NCBI GenBank assembly: GCA_030698625.1
Contig: JAUYMS010000035.1
Location: 9,950 to 73,949, forward strand
Direction: 5' to 3'
DNA from: Candidatus Omnitrophota bacterium
Lineage (GTDB): Bacteria; Omnitrophota; Omnitrophia; Omnitrophales; Aquincolibacteriaceae
Length of the DNA stretch: 64,000 nt
Numbering within the stretch: the stretch's first letter is position 1; every line of letters begins with the position of its first letter. Below are positions 29,392-39,700 of this stretch, piece after piece. The translations under genes were made by a program, and so were the position numbers. The notes beneath the pieces were generated by a model. That model worked only from the letters and a program-made list of their open reading frames with translations. It made no database searches and had not been told where the DNA came from.

Positions 29392-29466
29392 TCAGTATAC
29401 GCTATTCCAAGGTCCGCAGATTGCCCAAAGGGCTTAATTTTCCTTATTTTGGAGGGTTTTCGGTTG

Positions 29467-30882
29467 ATGCCATTTCCCATCAATTCTATAAGACCGCGCC
29501 GTCAGCTTCGGGGATTTCTCTCTCTGTGGGCTGAACACCGGCGTCCTGCGCTCATTTTTGCAGCCGTTTTGTTTGTGCTGGGTTCCGCAGGCAGTTTGTA
29601 CATGCTCACGAAGTATCAGGCGGGCGTGCTCGTCGTGATGGACAAAAAGGGAATTCACAACGAGTGGGAGCTCTTGCTTGACGATGTCCGTAACGTCGAT
29701 TTCGAACAACAGATCCGAAGCCGCGCAGTTCTTGAGCCCGTACTCGAAGAATATAAGCTGATTAATGCGCCAAAGACTAAAGGGTTGCTCGGGTTTATCA
29801 ACGGCGTACTCGGCGGTAAGCAGACCAAGGATCAAAAAACGGCAACTGCCATCGAAAGCTTCGGTACGAAACTGAGCATTGAGCGTCCCCGGCAATCCAA
29901 CATATTGCGCATTAAAATTAAGGACCGTAATCCGATTCTTGCCGCCGACTATGCGAATAGCGTGGCCCAGGCCTTTCTGAACTACCGCCGCGAACAGGCC
30001 GTGAGCAGAACCGAGCGGCTTATTGCGGGCATCGACGAAGAAATGAAGGCGATCAGAGAGCAGTTGGTGGCAAAGACGGGGGAGAGAAACACCTTTTTTG
30101 CCGAGAACGGCTGGGACGACTATATGACCGAGTTAAAGACCTCGAGTCAGAAAGTGGCCGGCCTCAAAGATGCCATGAGATCCCTGGATGTTTACCGCGA
30201 GGAGGCGGGTAAGGATTCCGGAGCTCAGAATCGGTTTGAAATGCCGTCCTTTCCCAATGAGGGAGGTTCTTCGCAACAGGATGCAAGCCTCATTGACGTT
30301 GCCCGGCGTTATGTCGATGTCGATCGTCAGTTGGAGCACGTTTCGGGCTCGTATCGAGAGGAGCATCCCGGAGTGTTGCAGGCGCGTCTCGAAAAGGAAA
30401 TGTTGGAGACGATGTTTAAGAAGAAGCTGAAGGATCCCGCCGAAAGGCACGGGATGCTCAAAAAGCAACTCGGCCGGGAGCAGGAAAATCTGCAGCAACT
30501 ATTGAGCAACGAACCGCGCGCGCAATTGCTCGGCCAGTCGATCGAATACGGCCGGCATCGTTTGCTGGAACTTATGGACCAGCGGGCGAAAGCGCATTTT
30601 TTGTTGACGCAGTGGGCGCAGCAGCCGGATGATTCATTCGATGACTTATACGTATTGGACGCGGCGTTACCCCCGCCTTCGCAGTCTTGGGGTCTGATGT
30701 TACCGTTGGTTTTTCTTACGGCCGCTCTTTTAAGTGGTTCCGGGCTGGTCCTAGTGCCAATTTTCCTCAGTTTCTGGGGAGCGGAACTAAGCCGACTCGG
30801 CGGATACGATATAGGCCCTATGACTTCATTGACTGAGCGTAACGCGTCGCAACTTTCGGGGGTAGGGGATGGTATCGACTAA
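29467..30882 (+). CDS. Polysaccharide co-polymerase / chain-length determinant (GumC/Wzz type, no kinase domain)
   Basis: Two TMs flanking coiled coil; 'I.SR.VL', 'S.IL.I..D..P..AA..AN', 'Y.E.HP.V', 'VLD.A.PP'. Confidence 0.85.
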   Translation: MPFPINSIRPRRQLRGFLSLWAEHRRPALIFAAVLFVLGSAGSLYMLTKYQAGVLVVMDKKGIHNEWELLLDDVRNVDFEQQIRSRAVLEPVLEEYKLINAPKTKGLLGFINGVLGGKQTKDQKTATAIESFGTKLSIERPRQSNILRIKIKDRNPILAADYANSVAQAFLNYRREQAVSRTERLIAGIDEEMKAIREQLVAKTGERNTFFAENGWDDYMTELKTSSQKVAGLKDAMRSLDVYREEAGKDSGAQNRFEMPSFPNEGGSSQQDASLIDVARRYVDVDRQLEHVSGSYREEHPGVLQARLEKEMLETMFKKKLKDPAERHGMLKKQLGREQENLQQLLSNEPRAQLLGQSIEYGRHRLLELMDQRAKAHFLLTQWAQQPDDSFDDLYVLDAALPPPSQSWGLMLPLVFLTAALLSGSGLVLVPIFLSFWGAELSRLGGYDIGPMTSLTERNASQLSGVGDGID

Positions 30883-32393
30883 TGCTCGAGACTTTATCCG
30901 CCTCCCGGAGTCCCTTGCTCCGAATTAACTCCATTCTCAAAAACACCGCACTCTTAGGCGGTGCGACTTATCTCTCCCGTGTTCTTTGTGCCCTGCGTAG
31001 TCTAATCAATGCCCGCTGGCTCGGTCCCGGACTCTATGGCTTTTGGGGTTCCTTATCGTTTCTAGTTTCCTTCGGCTTTCATTTGCACGCGGGTGTTCAG
31101 GACATCATGGTCAAGCAGATCCCCACGTATCGCAGCCAAGGCCGTGACGATCTCGCCGCTCGAGTTGCGCAACAATCGTTTTCATTTTTTTCACTGGGAT
31201 TATTGCTGGCCGCGTTTGCGCTCGGAATCGTTGTTGCGTTCCTGCCGGAGAGCACGCCCACGGTGGTCCGCTGGGGCTGGTGGATCGCTGCCGTTACGCT
31301 TCCGCTCGAGGCCCTTTATTTTTTCGAGCAGAACGTGATGCGCTGTGAGGAGCGCTTCGGCGTTTTGAATCGGGCGCTGTTGCTGGCTAGCGTTGTGAGC
31401 TTAATGTTGACTTGCTGGCTGGTAATACGCTACGGCATTACCGGTCTCTTTATTGTCGCAGTCCTCACACCTTTGATGGGGCTGATTTGCCTAAGACGGT
31501 TTGCTTCCTACCCATGGAAATTTACCTGGGACGTCCCGCTGGTGAAATCCATGCTGAAAGCAGGCTGGCCGATCTTGGCCATGACTTTGGTATTTGAATC
31601 GCTCTGGTGGGTCGATCGTTTCCTCGTACTGGGTTTTTACGGGACCGAGGGTTTTGGTTATTACATGCTGGGTGTGATGGTTATGCAACTAAGTTTTCTT
31701 TTCCCGCAAGTCATGGCCTCGGTCATTGAACCCAGGCTGCATTACGACTACGCGAAATCCGGCGGGACTGCCGGTATTCGGGATCACCTCTGGCTTCCCC
31801 TCAGACTTTTATCGTTTGCCTTGCCGCTTGCATTGGCGTTTGCGGATCTTCTGCTGCCGCGTCTGATTCACTGGGTGTTCCCGGCCTATGTGCCGGGTAT
31901 CGCGGCGATGCGCGTTCTTCTTTGGGGCAGTGTCTTTATGGGGCTAATCGTCAGCACGAAATCTTTCATCGTAGCCATCGGCAAACAGCGGGCGGTGCTC
32001 CCCTTTTATGTCGCGGCAGTGGTCGTCAATTTAGCCGTGAGTTTAACACTGGCGCTGCAGGGGAGGGGCCTGGCCGGCATCGCTGCGGGAACACTCGCGG
32101 CCTGTCTTGTCTGTGCCACGGGTTTGCTGTCATTTGTATTCAATCACCTCGGAGAATCAACGGCCCGGATCGTGGGCCGCATCGTATCGCTTTACGCCCC
32201 TTCCGCAGTTGTTATAGCGATCACGATTGGATTGCCTTCGTATCTTGAGCAGGTCTTTTCCGGGTTGTCGCCAGTTGCGGTTATGACAGTCGGGGGCGGC
32301 GGACTCGGCGTTTGTGCCGCGATCTTTGCCTGGATTTTGATTCGTGAATTTCGGAGCCGACAATTATCCGAAGGCGCAGAGGTCGTTGCATGA
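30882..32393 (+). CDS. wzx: Oligosaccharide flippase
   Basis: 'ILKNT', 'ARWLGP..YG', 'G..GFGYY', about 14 TMs. Confidence 0.85.
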   Translation: MLETLSASRSPLLRINSILKNTALLGGATYLSRVLCALRSLINARWLGPGLYGFWGSLSFLVSFGFHLHAGVQDIMVKQIPTYRSQGRDDLAARVAQQSFSFFSLGLLLAAFALGIVVAFLPESTPTVVRWGWWIAAVTLPLEALYFFEQNVMRCEERFGVLNRALLLASVVSLMLTCWLVIRYGITGLFIVAVLTPLMGLICLRRFASYPWKFTWDVPLVKSMLKAGWPILAMTLVFESLWWVDRFLVLGFYGTEGFGYYMLGVMVMQLSFLFPQVMASVIEPRLHYDYAKSGGTAGIRDHLWLPLRLLSFALPLALAFADLLLPRLIHWVFPAYVPGIAAMRVLLWGSVFMGLIVSTKSFIVAIGKQRAVLPFYVAAVVVNLAVSLTLALQGRGLAGIAAGTLAACLVCATGLLSFVFNHLGESTARIVGRIVSLYAPSAVVIAITIGLPSYLEQVFSGLSPVAVMTVGGGGLGVCAAIFAWILIREFRSRQLSEGAEVVA

Positions 32394-33817
32394 GAACAGG
32401 CACGTTCGTCCCTTATGCGAATTGGATAGCTGCCGGCTTTGCAGTCGTCTGCGCATTAGCCTTTTCATTTCATGCGGTTGCCGGCGCGGCACTGCTCATG
32501 GCACCGCTAGTCTTCCTCCTTTTAATCCATCGCACAATGGCCGTATGGCGCACGATGATGTTTCTGTCCTCTATCGGGATGAGCTATTTCCCGCCGCCGA
32601 TCGGACCGGCCCTTTGCTGGGCGCTATTGCTCCTATGCCTTGCAGGCTGCTGGTTGGAACATCTTTCCGAAGGTCAGGAATTGGAGTGGGGTGACCGGCG
32701 AATATGGATCTGTATCGCCGGCTGGGTCGTCTGGGGTATCCTCAGCACCTACAATTCGTTGAATCCGCTTGCGAGTATCAAGGAAATTATCCGTTATATT
32801 TTTTCCTTTGGTGTTCTTCTGACCTATATCAATTGGCTCAGGCGGTTTGGGCAGATTCAGACCATGGTTCGCTGGTGTGAAATTATGGCCGTTGCGGTTG
32901 CAATGGTCTGTATCGCGGATGCATTTCTCTGGGCACTGGACGGCGTTGTCATCCAAGCGATGGTTGCGGAGCCGATGAGCCGTGTCAAAGGCAATTATGC
33001 CCCGACGTTCTCAGAACTCGGCGCTATTATTGCGGCGATCGTGCCGATCACATTCGCATTCTTAATGACGTCCTCACCGAAACGTTCCCCGATTCGGTTC
33101 TTTACTGTTTTGATCATGTTATTCGGGGTCATCCTGTCAACTTCCCGCGCATCCGCATTGGCCGCGGTATGCGGTGTTGCCGTCGTGCTCTTTCTTTTCG
33201 CATCCCGCCGTGTCAAAATTCTCATGATCACCGGTGTGGTCGGTGTTAATGCCTTGGGATCAATTTTGCTGACCGTCAAATACGGCAGCCTGGTCACCGG
33301 CGTCATACACAATCTTTCCGGCCGCAATCTTTTGTGGGCTGCTGCGGTTAGGGCAGTTTCGGAGCATCCGCTCTTCGGCATAGGGCCCGGCTGCTGGGCG
33401 ACTTGGCTGCCGACACGGTATTTTACGATCGATTTTCTAATGGGTGATATGCACGGAAACACATTTGCACTTACGCCGACATTGTTGGGCGGGGAGGCTC
33501 ACAATCTTTTCTTTACCAAGGCTGCGGAAATGGGGTTGCCGTCGCTTGCCTGGATTGCGGCGATCTTTCTCAGCTGGGGCGCTTGCGCTTACTCGGCGAT
33601 CAAGGGATTGCCGCGCGGTTGGGCACGGACGCTGACCGTCGGCTGCTTCGCTTCCATGGTCGGTCTGACGGTTCGCTGTTTTTTTGAAAATGGGCCCATT
33701 ATCGGCCGCGGCCGCGGGTCTGAGGTTGTTCTAGTTTGGTTTATCGCGGCGATTCCGCTTGTGATACAAAAGATTATTCGGTCGCATGAAGCGGCCCCCG
33801 GTGAGGTACTGTCATGA
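32390..33817 (+). CDS. O-antigen ligase / Wzy polymerase family protein
   Basis: 'STSRAS', 'R..LW..A....HPLFGIGPG', 'AHNLF...AE.GL'. Confidence 0.88.
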   Translation: MRTGTFVPYANWIAAGFAVVCALAFSFHAVAGAALLMAPLVFLLLIHRTMAVWRTMMFLSSIGMSYFPPPIGPALCWALLLLCLAGCWLEHLSEGQELEWGDRRIWICIAGWVVWGILSTYNSLNPLASIKEIIRYIFSFGVLLTYINWLRRFGQIQTMVRWCEIMAVAVAMVCIADAFLWALDGVVIQAMVAEPMSRVKGNYAPTFSELGAIIAAIVPITFAFLMTSSPKRSPIRFFTVLIMLFGVILSTSRASALAAVCGVAVVLFLFASRRVKILMITGVVGVNALGSILLTVKYGSLVTGVIHNLSGRNLLWAAAVRAVSEHPLFGIGPGCWATWLPTRYFTIDFLMGDMHGNTFALTPTLLGGEAHNLFFTKAAEMGLPSLAWIAAIFLSWGACAYSAIKGLPRGWARTLTVGCFASMVGLTVRCFFENGPIIGRGRGSEVVLVWFIAAIPLVIQKIIRSHEAAPGEVLS

Positions 33818-34758
33818 TGCCAAAGTTGGTTGCCTTCGCGACTCGCGTGCGCGATTTCTGTGTGAGGCGTCCCCTGCTCAAAAAATTTGTCAAACGGATG
33901 AAGTTTTCTCTGGTTACTAGCTGGTGCCGTTTGCAGAGATCCGGATTGGATCCACGCCCGAAGATTCTGGGTTATCACGCCGTCGGCGACGGCCTCAGCG
34001 ACATATCCCTGCCTGCAGAAAAATTCCGCGCACAGATGGATTGGCTTGTCCGCAACGGCTATCAAATTCTAACGCTCAAAGCGTATTGGGAAATAATCGC
34101 CGCGGGAAAAACGGTTATGCCCCGGACGGTAGTGCTGACCTTTGATGACGGGTATCGCAGTGTCCTGCAGTATGCGGCGCCGATACTTGCCCGCTACGGC
34201 TTGGCCGGTACGGTGTTTATCATTACCGACCATGTCGGTAAGACGAATGCCTACGATAAACCCTTCCTCGGAATTCCCGAACTGCCGCTTCTGGACTGGG
34301 ACGAGATCCGGCAGTTGAAGGAAATGGGATGGGATATTCAATCGCACACACGGCAACATTACCCGCTGCACGGATTGGGGCCGGAGCTGCTGCGTCAAGA
34401 ATTGACGGAGAGCAAGAGAGTGTTGGAAGAAATGTTGGGAGAACCCTGTGAGTATTTTTGTTATCCCTATGGTGCTTGGGACGAAGCGGCAACAGAAGCT
34501 GTGTCAGATGCAGGGTACAACGCGGCCGTGACGTGTCTTAGCGGTACGGCTGCAACGAAGCCGGACGGGAGTCGTCACCGCCTGAGGCGTACGCTCGTTG
34601 ACGGGCTTATGAGCCTCGGTGACTTCGCCGCACTCTTTACGCCGGCCTACCACCGTTACATGGACTATTTCCTGGGACACAAAGAGTGCGCGGGAATGCT
34701 TTCGGCCTATCCGGCGGGGAAGGCCCCAATTAGCGGACTAGAGGAGGTGGCTGTATGA
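33814..34758 (+). CDS. Polysaccharide deacetylase (CE4, IcaB-like)
   Basis: 'LGYH', 'LTFDDGY', 'SHT.QH', 'FCYPYG'. Confidence 0.9.
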   Translation: MMPKLVAFATRVRDFCVRRPLLKKFVKRMKFSLVTSWCRLQRSGLDPRPKILGYHAVGDGLSDISLPAEKFRAQMDWLVRNGYQILTLKAYWEIIAAGKTVMPRTVVLTFDDGYRSVLQYAAPILARYGLAGTVFIITDHVGKTNAYDKPFLGIPELPLLDWDEIRQLKEMGWDIQSHTRQHYPLHGLGPELLRQELTESKRVLEEMLGEPCEYFCYPYGAWDEAATEAVSDAGYNAAVTCLSGTAATKPDGSRHRLRRTLVDGLMSLGDFAALFTPAYHRYMDYFLGHKECAGMLSAYPAGKAPISGLEEVAV

Positions 34759-35660
34759 CATTAAGCCCACTTGTATCCATCGTTGTTCCCTCGCGTGACG
34801 GAAAGATCGATCGCCTGCGCGCGGAACTCGCGAAACAGAGTTTTCAAGATTATGAAATCGTGGTCAATACTGAACCGCCCACACCGGCGCATGCGCGCAA
34901 CGGTGGTGCAGCGGATGCGATAGGGGAGTACCTAATCTTTTTTGATGACGATGTGCGTCTGAGCCACCCGGGGCTCCTTGGCGAACTAGTCCAGGCGCTT
35001 CAGAATGCGGTTCCGCTCAGTGTTGTCGGTGTGCGGGATGCGCTTGCCAAGGACACGAACTGGTTTCAGCGCTATATCTACTGCCGCTCTTTTCATCCCG
35101 AAGTAAACGAAAGCGCGGACCCGGTTGTCGAAGTCAACTGGCATGGGGTCATCAACGGACGGTGTATGGCCATGTCGCGTCAGACTTTTGATGCCATCGG
35201 CGGTTACGATTCTAAACTGATCGCCGGGGAGGACTTCGAGATTCTGTATCGCATACAGCGGGCGGGCGGGAAAGTTTATGCACTCTCCAAAGGGCGCGTT
35301 TATTATTATCCGCCGCCGACGCTCAAGGTGCTGCTTAAGAAAACGATATGGTACGCGCACGGCAACGCGCAGGTTGCCCGAAAATATCCGGAATCTAATT
35401 ACAGTTGGGTGCTTAAGGGTGTCGGATCCGCGGTTTTCTTTTTGATTTTCAGGACCCTCTGCCTGATTCCCTTGTCCTTTCTGAAGATGTCGTATCATAA
35501 CAGACGCATTCGTTTTGCTTTCAGGCCGTTTGAGGTATTGCTCAGTTATTTCGCGGCATGGGTGTATTGCATTGCCTGGTTTAAGACGCCGCCGACAGGA
35601 GATCCCAATCAGGGACTTGATGCTGCTGCAAGAATTTCTACGGGGGTTACCGCCGGATGA
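34755..35660 (+). CDS. Glycosyltransferase family 2
   Basis: 'VSIVVP', 'ARNGG', 'FFDDD', 'IGGYD', 'GEDFE'. Confidence 0.9.
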   Translation: MTLSPLVSIVVPSRDGKIDRLRAELAKQSFQDYEIVVNTEPPTPAHARNGGAADAIGEYLIFFDDDVRLSHPGLLGELVQALQNAVPLSVVGVRDALAKDTNWFQRYIYCRSFHPEVNESADPVVEVNWHGVINGRCMAMSRQTFDAIGGYDSKLIAGEDFEILYRIQRAGGKVYALSKGRVYYYPPPTLKVLLKKTIWYAHGNAQVARKYPESNYSWVLKGVGSAVFFLIFRTLCLIPLSFLKMSYHNRRIRFAFRPFEVLLSYFAAWVYCIAWFKTPPTGDPNQGLDAAARISTGVTAG

Positions 35661-38600
35661 ATCAGCCGAGACACAAAATACTTTTTTTGATTACTGGGCT
35701 TACCGTCGGCGGGGCCGAAAAGTTGCTCTTGCAGCATCTCCGCTGTCTGGATCGTTCGCGATTTGAACCGATTGTCGCAACGCTATACTGTCACAACAAG
35801 CTTAGCGGGGGGGAAGGAGATGACCTGCACCCGCAATTTGCGGAATTTGATGTGCCTGTCCGTGAGCTAGCGATGAGACACAAGCTGGATTTCAGCGTGC
35901 TCGAGCGCGTGAGAAAACTCCTTTTAGAAGAGAAGCCGGATATTCTACATACGCATCTTGCCATGGCAGATTGGATCGGACGCGTTGTCGGCCACTTTTG
36001 CCGAGTGCCGCTCATTGTTGGAACTCTCCATGCCGTGGAACCATGGCGAAAGTGGTTTCCCTTAAATCTTATTGATCTCGGGACTTCGCGGTGGGCCGAT
36101 GCCCTGATCGCGGTCTCAGAAGAAGTTAGAGACGGCATTGTGCGTCTCCAGGGATTGGATGCCTCACGTATTCATATTATTCCGAACGGTATCGATTATC
36201 CGACAGCCGACAATAGTGAGCGGAGCAAAATCCGTCGAAGCCTCAATGTCCCGGAAGATGCGCTTGTGATCGGCACGCTCGGGCGCCTCGACGAAAGCGT
36301 CAAAGGGCATGGGACGCTGCTCGAGGCTGCGAAGAGTCTGGCTGTTAAGCATGACCGGTTTCATTGTGTTTTTGTCGGGGACGGTCCGTCGCGTAGTCAT
36401 CTCGAAAAGCAGGCAGCCGGTCTCGGCCTTGCGAATCGTGTCACGTTCGCGGGCATGCGACAAGATGTCGCGCCTTGGCTGAGTGCGATGGATGTTTTTG
36501 TGCAGCCCTCTCATCAGGAAGGCTTGCCTTTAGCGGTTCTCGAAGCCATGGCAGCAGGGCGTCCGATTGTGGCGACACGCGTTGGCGGCATTCCGGAAGT
36601 GATCAAAGACCGGCACACGGGACTCCTCGTGGAGCCCAAGGACTCGAATGCCCTGGCTACAGCCGTGACTGAAATTGTTGAAGATCACGCTCTCGCCGGA
36701 AGGCTGGCCCGCGGCGCGCAGGCGCATTTCCGCAAACACTATGACATGCGGCACCTCATCAACAAGATTCAGTCTTTTTATGAGGAGCAGCTGCGAAAAA
36801 AAACAGATAAACGCGTCAAAGTTCTCGAAGTCGTGACTTCCCTCGATACTGGGGGAGTGACAACTTATTTGGAAAACCTGTGGCGTTTTTTGCCGGCTGA
36901 TCGTTTTGACGTAAGTGTTGCGTCCGGTCTGGAAGATTTCCAAGCGGATCGTGCGCGCTCTCTCAATATGCCGCATCATCCCGTGGCTTTGGTGAAGCGC
37001 ATTCATCCCTGGAAGGATGTCCAGGCCGTCTGGCAGCTGTGTCGGCTGATTCGCCGCGAACGCATCGGTATGGTGCACACCAACATGGCCAAAGCAGACT
37101 GGGTAGGGGCGTTGGCCGCAAGACTCTGCGGGGTTAAAACCATTGTCAGCACGGCGCATGGCGCAACGACCGTTACCCCCGGACCGTCGCTGGCACAATC
37201 GGTGTTCGACTTTATTGAAAAGGTAACTTATCGCTGCCTTCACACCCATGTGATCAGCGTTTCGCGAGCGACATCTGAACATCTGACCCGTAAGAAAGCC
37301 ATCTCCTGGGGGCGATTATCCACGGTGTGGAACGGCATGAATTGTGATGAGGAATCCGCGCCGCTTGAACGGGCCGCCATGCGTGACAAGCTCGGGCTTA
37401 AGGCAGATCAACCCGTCGTAACCATGGTAGGAAGACTGAAGTATCCAAAAGCCCCTGAGGTGCTTCTGGAGTCTATGCGGAAACTTGCGACAAAACGGCC
37501 TGATCTCGCTTGTCTCATTGTCGGTGATGGACCCGATGCGGCAAGCCTAAAAAAGCGGGTTTGCGATTACGGATTGGAAAAGAATGTGCAGCTTCTAGGG
37601 CATCGTCAAGATGTGCGCGATATCCTGCATGCGAGCGATCTCTTTGTACTTTCATCTTATTCCGAGGGGCTCTCACTTTCCGTGCTCGAAGCCATGGCCC
37701 AAAGACTGCCTATTATTGCGACGCGTGCCGGCGGGAACACCGAAATCGTCGCAGACGGTACGACCGGGTTGTTGGTTACGCCGGGTTCCGAATCCGAGCT
37801 GACCAGAGCGATCGAGAGTCTGCTAACCGACGCCGAGCGCCGGCAACGTCTTGGCAATCAAGCGTGGGAAAGGCTTCAAACCCATTTCGATGCCAGGAGC
37901 CAGGCAAAGAAAACAGAACGGATTTTTCAGAATTGTCTCAAACATCCCGAGCCTTGGTGGATGATGTTCTTTACTTGGTTTAATCCCATCAACCGTTTGC
38001 AACGGTACTACCGTGAAGAAGGGCTTGCCAATACGTGGAAACGCCTGTTTAAGTTTCTGATCACGCCTTTTTATCGCGTCGAAGATCTCTGGTTTCTGGG
38101 TTGCGAAAACAAGAAACCAATTCCACAACTTAAGGGGCGCATTCCCTTTAAAATCAGAAGGGCTACGGTGGAAGATCTGGACAGCCTCATGGAAATCGAC
38201 TTCGACGACCCGCAAACAGTTGTCGACCTCTTGGAGTCTCCGCAAGACATTTGTTTTGTCGCCGATAACGGCGGTGAGATCATGGCTGTGCAATGGGTGA
38301 GACTCGGAGTCAGCCAGTTTGACATCAATCCTTTCAACAGAGCCGTGGCATTGGCCGCCGACGAGGCCTATCTCTATAACTGTCGCTCCAAACACCTCTT
38401 TCGCGCTCAAGGAATTGTGCCGGCCATGGAATGCCAGATCTACGCATGGCTCTGCGATAAAGGCTATAGCAAGCTATATACCGATATTACGGCCGAGAAT
38501 ACGGTTTCTCTCAAAACCTTTGAGAAGTTGGGACTCCGGAAGATCGAATGCGTACGGTTTAGCCGGATTCTTCGCCGTGTCGGCGTTCGATGCCGGCGTT

Positions 38601-39700
38601 ATCGTCTCGATGAACATACTCCCGTTAGAAGCGCCATTTTACGTGATTGCCTTTATTCCGAGGATCCGCACGGCAATTATTCGAGGCATCTTCCGCCGGA
38701 TCTTTTCAAACCCTTACTCGTTACCGTGCCGGAAAAAACAGGCCCGACGCTTTTCGGTTTTTTGGGAAAGGTCTTTTCTGTTTACCGATGCCTGCGCCGC
38801 GGCAAAGCCGAAATCGTCCATTGCGAAAGTCGCGGTTCCTTGTTGTGCGGAATTTTGGCGGCGCGTCTTGCCGGTGTTTCGTCTGTTACCGCCTACGCGC
38901 ACCCCATCGAGTCTTATCGCATGAGTAATGCGCGAGCCTTTGAGCGCTGGCTATGGAAAAAGATTCCGGTGCTATTGAAACAGACGCAGCTTTATTTCCC
39001 GGCTGAAACGCTGCGTGAAGAGTGGGAAACGCTTGGATGGGCAAGCAAGCAAAACTCGGCGGTCATTCCAATAGATAAGACGGTGCAAGATTTCAAAGCT
39101 GAACTCACATCTGACGAAAACCGCCGCTATAAGAAAATTAAGAAAATCGGCCCGACTCTCGGGGCCGTTTTACCGCTTAGCGCAGACTTGCTGGCCCGGC
39201 GTGTCATGGATATTTTTGCGGAAGTGAAAAAACGAAGACCGGATTGCCAGTTTCTTCTTGCCGGCGACGGCCCCGTTTTTCTCGTGCTTAAACAGTATCA
39301 GGAGCTGGTCGGACTATCCGACAATATGCAGATCGTGAACAGGCGTTTTGAAAGTGGCCGGGTAATGAAGGCCGTCGATTTATACATCGACATGAACCAC
39401 CCGAAGACAGGGGAGCAGACCCGCATGGAAGCGATGGCGGCGGAACTGCCGATCTTCTCGGGAAATCTTAAAGGGGAATCCGAAGCGGTTGCTGCCGAGC
39501 GAATCGTTGAGTTGCTCGCAAACCCCGCAGAGTTAAGTATTATGAGTCAGGCGTCGCGGGTACAAGGGGAAAAGGATTTTGAGGCGCGTTATTTCGCAGG
39601 ATGTTTGCAAGCGGCGTGGTATGAGCTTCTTAGTCTCGATACGCGTCCGGCACCGGCAGATAAATGGAGAAATCATGCAAGTACGTCTCTTTCAAGATAA
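35657..39700 (+). CDS. Multidomain GT4-GT4-GNAT-degenerate GT4 fusion
   Basis: Two complete GT-B units with 'EGL.L.VLEAMA', a GNAT-like segment 'EAYLYNC....FRAQGI...N..SL..FEKLG', and a third degenerate GT ('EAMAAELP'). Confidence 0.85.
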   Translation: MNQPRHKILFLITGLTVGGAEKLLLQHLRCLDRSRFEPIVATLYCHNKLSGGEGDDLHPQFAEFDVPVRELAMRHKLDFSVLERVRKLLLEEKPDILHTHLAMADWIGRVVGHFCRVPLIVGTLHAVEPWRKWFPLNLIDLGTSRWADALIAVSEEVRDGIVRLQGLDASRIHIIPNGIDYPTADNSERSKIRRSLNVPEDALVIGTLGRLDESVKGHGTLLEAAKSLAVKHDRFHCVFVGDGPSRSHLEKQAAGLGLANRVTFAGMRQDVAPWLSAMDVFVQPSHQEGLPLAVLEAMAAGRPIVATRVGGIPEVIKDRHTGLLVEPKDSNALATAVTEIVEDHALAGRLARGAQAHFRKHYDMRHLINKIQSFYEEQLRKKTDKRVKVLEVVTSLDTGGVTTYLENLWRFLPADRFDVSVASGLEDFQADRARSLNMPHHPVALVKRIHPWKDVQAVWQLCRLIRRERIGMVHTNMAKADWVGALAARLCGVKTIVSTAHGATTVTPGPSLAQSVFDFIEKVTYRCLHTHVISVSRATSEHLTRKKAISWGRLSTVWNGMNCDEESAPLERAAMRDKLGLKADQPVVTMVGRLKYPKAPEVLLESMRKLATKRPDLACLIVGDGPDAASLKKRVCDYGLEKNVQLLGHRQDVRDILHASDLFVLSSYSEGLSLSVLEAMAQRLPIIATRAGGNTEIVADGTTGLLVTPGSESELTRAIESLLTDAERRQRLGNQAWERLQTHFDARSQAKKTERIFQNCLKHPEPWWMMFFTWFNPINRLQRYYREEGLANTWKRLFKFLITPFYRVEDLWFLGCENKKPIPQLKGRIPFKIRRATVEDLDSLMEIDFDDPQTVVDLLESPQDICFVADNGGEIMAVQWVRLGVSQFDINPFNRAVALAADEAYLYNCRSKHLFRAQGIVPAMECQIYAWLCDKGYSKLYTDITAENTVSLKTFEKLGLRKIECVRFSRILRRVGVRCRRYRLDEHTPVRSAILRDCLYSEDPHGNYSRHLPPDLFKPLLVTVPEKTGPTLFGFLGKVFSVYRCLRRGKAEIVHCESRGSLLCGILAARLAGVSSVTAYAHPIESYRMSNARAFERWLWKKIPVLLKQTQLYFPAETLREEWETLGWASKQNSAVIPIDKTVQDFKAELTSDENRRYKKIKKIGPTLGAVLPLSADLLARRVMDIFAEVKKRRPDCQFLLAGDGPVFLVLKQYQELVGLSDNMQIVNRRFESGRVMKAVDLYIDMNHPKTGEQTRMEAMAAELPIFSGNLKGESEAVAAERIVELLANPAELSIMSQASRVQGEKDFEARYFAGCLQAAWYELLSLDTRPAPADKWRNHASTSLSR

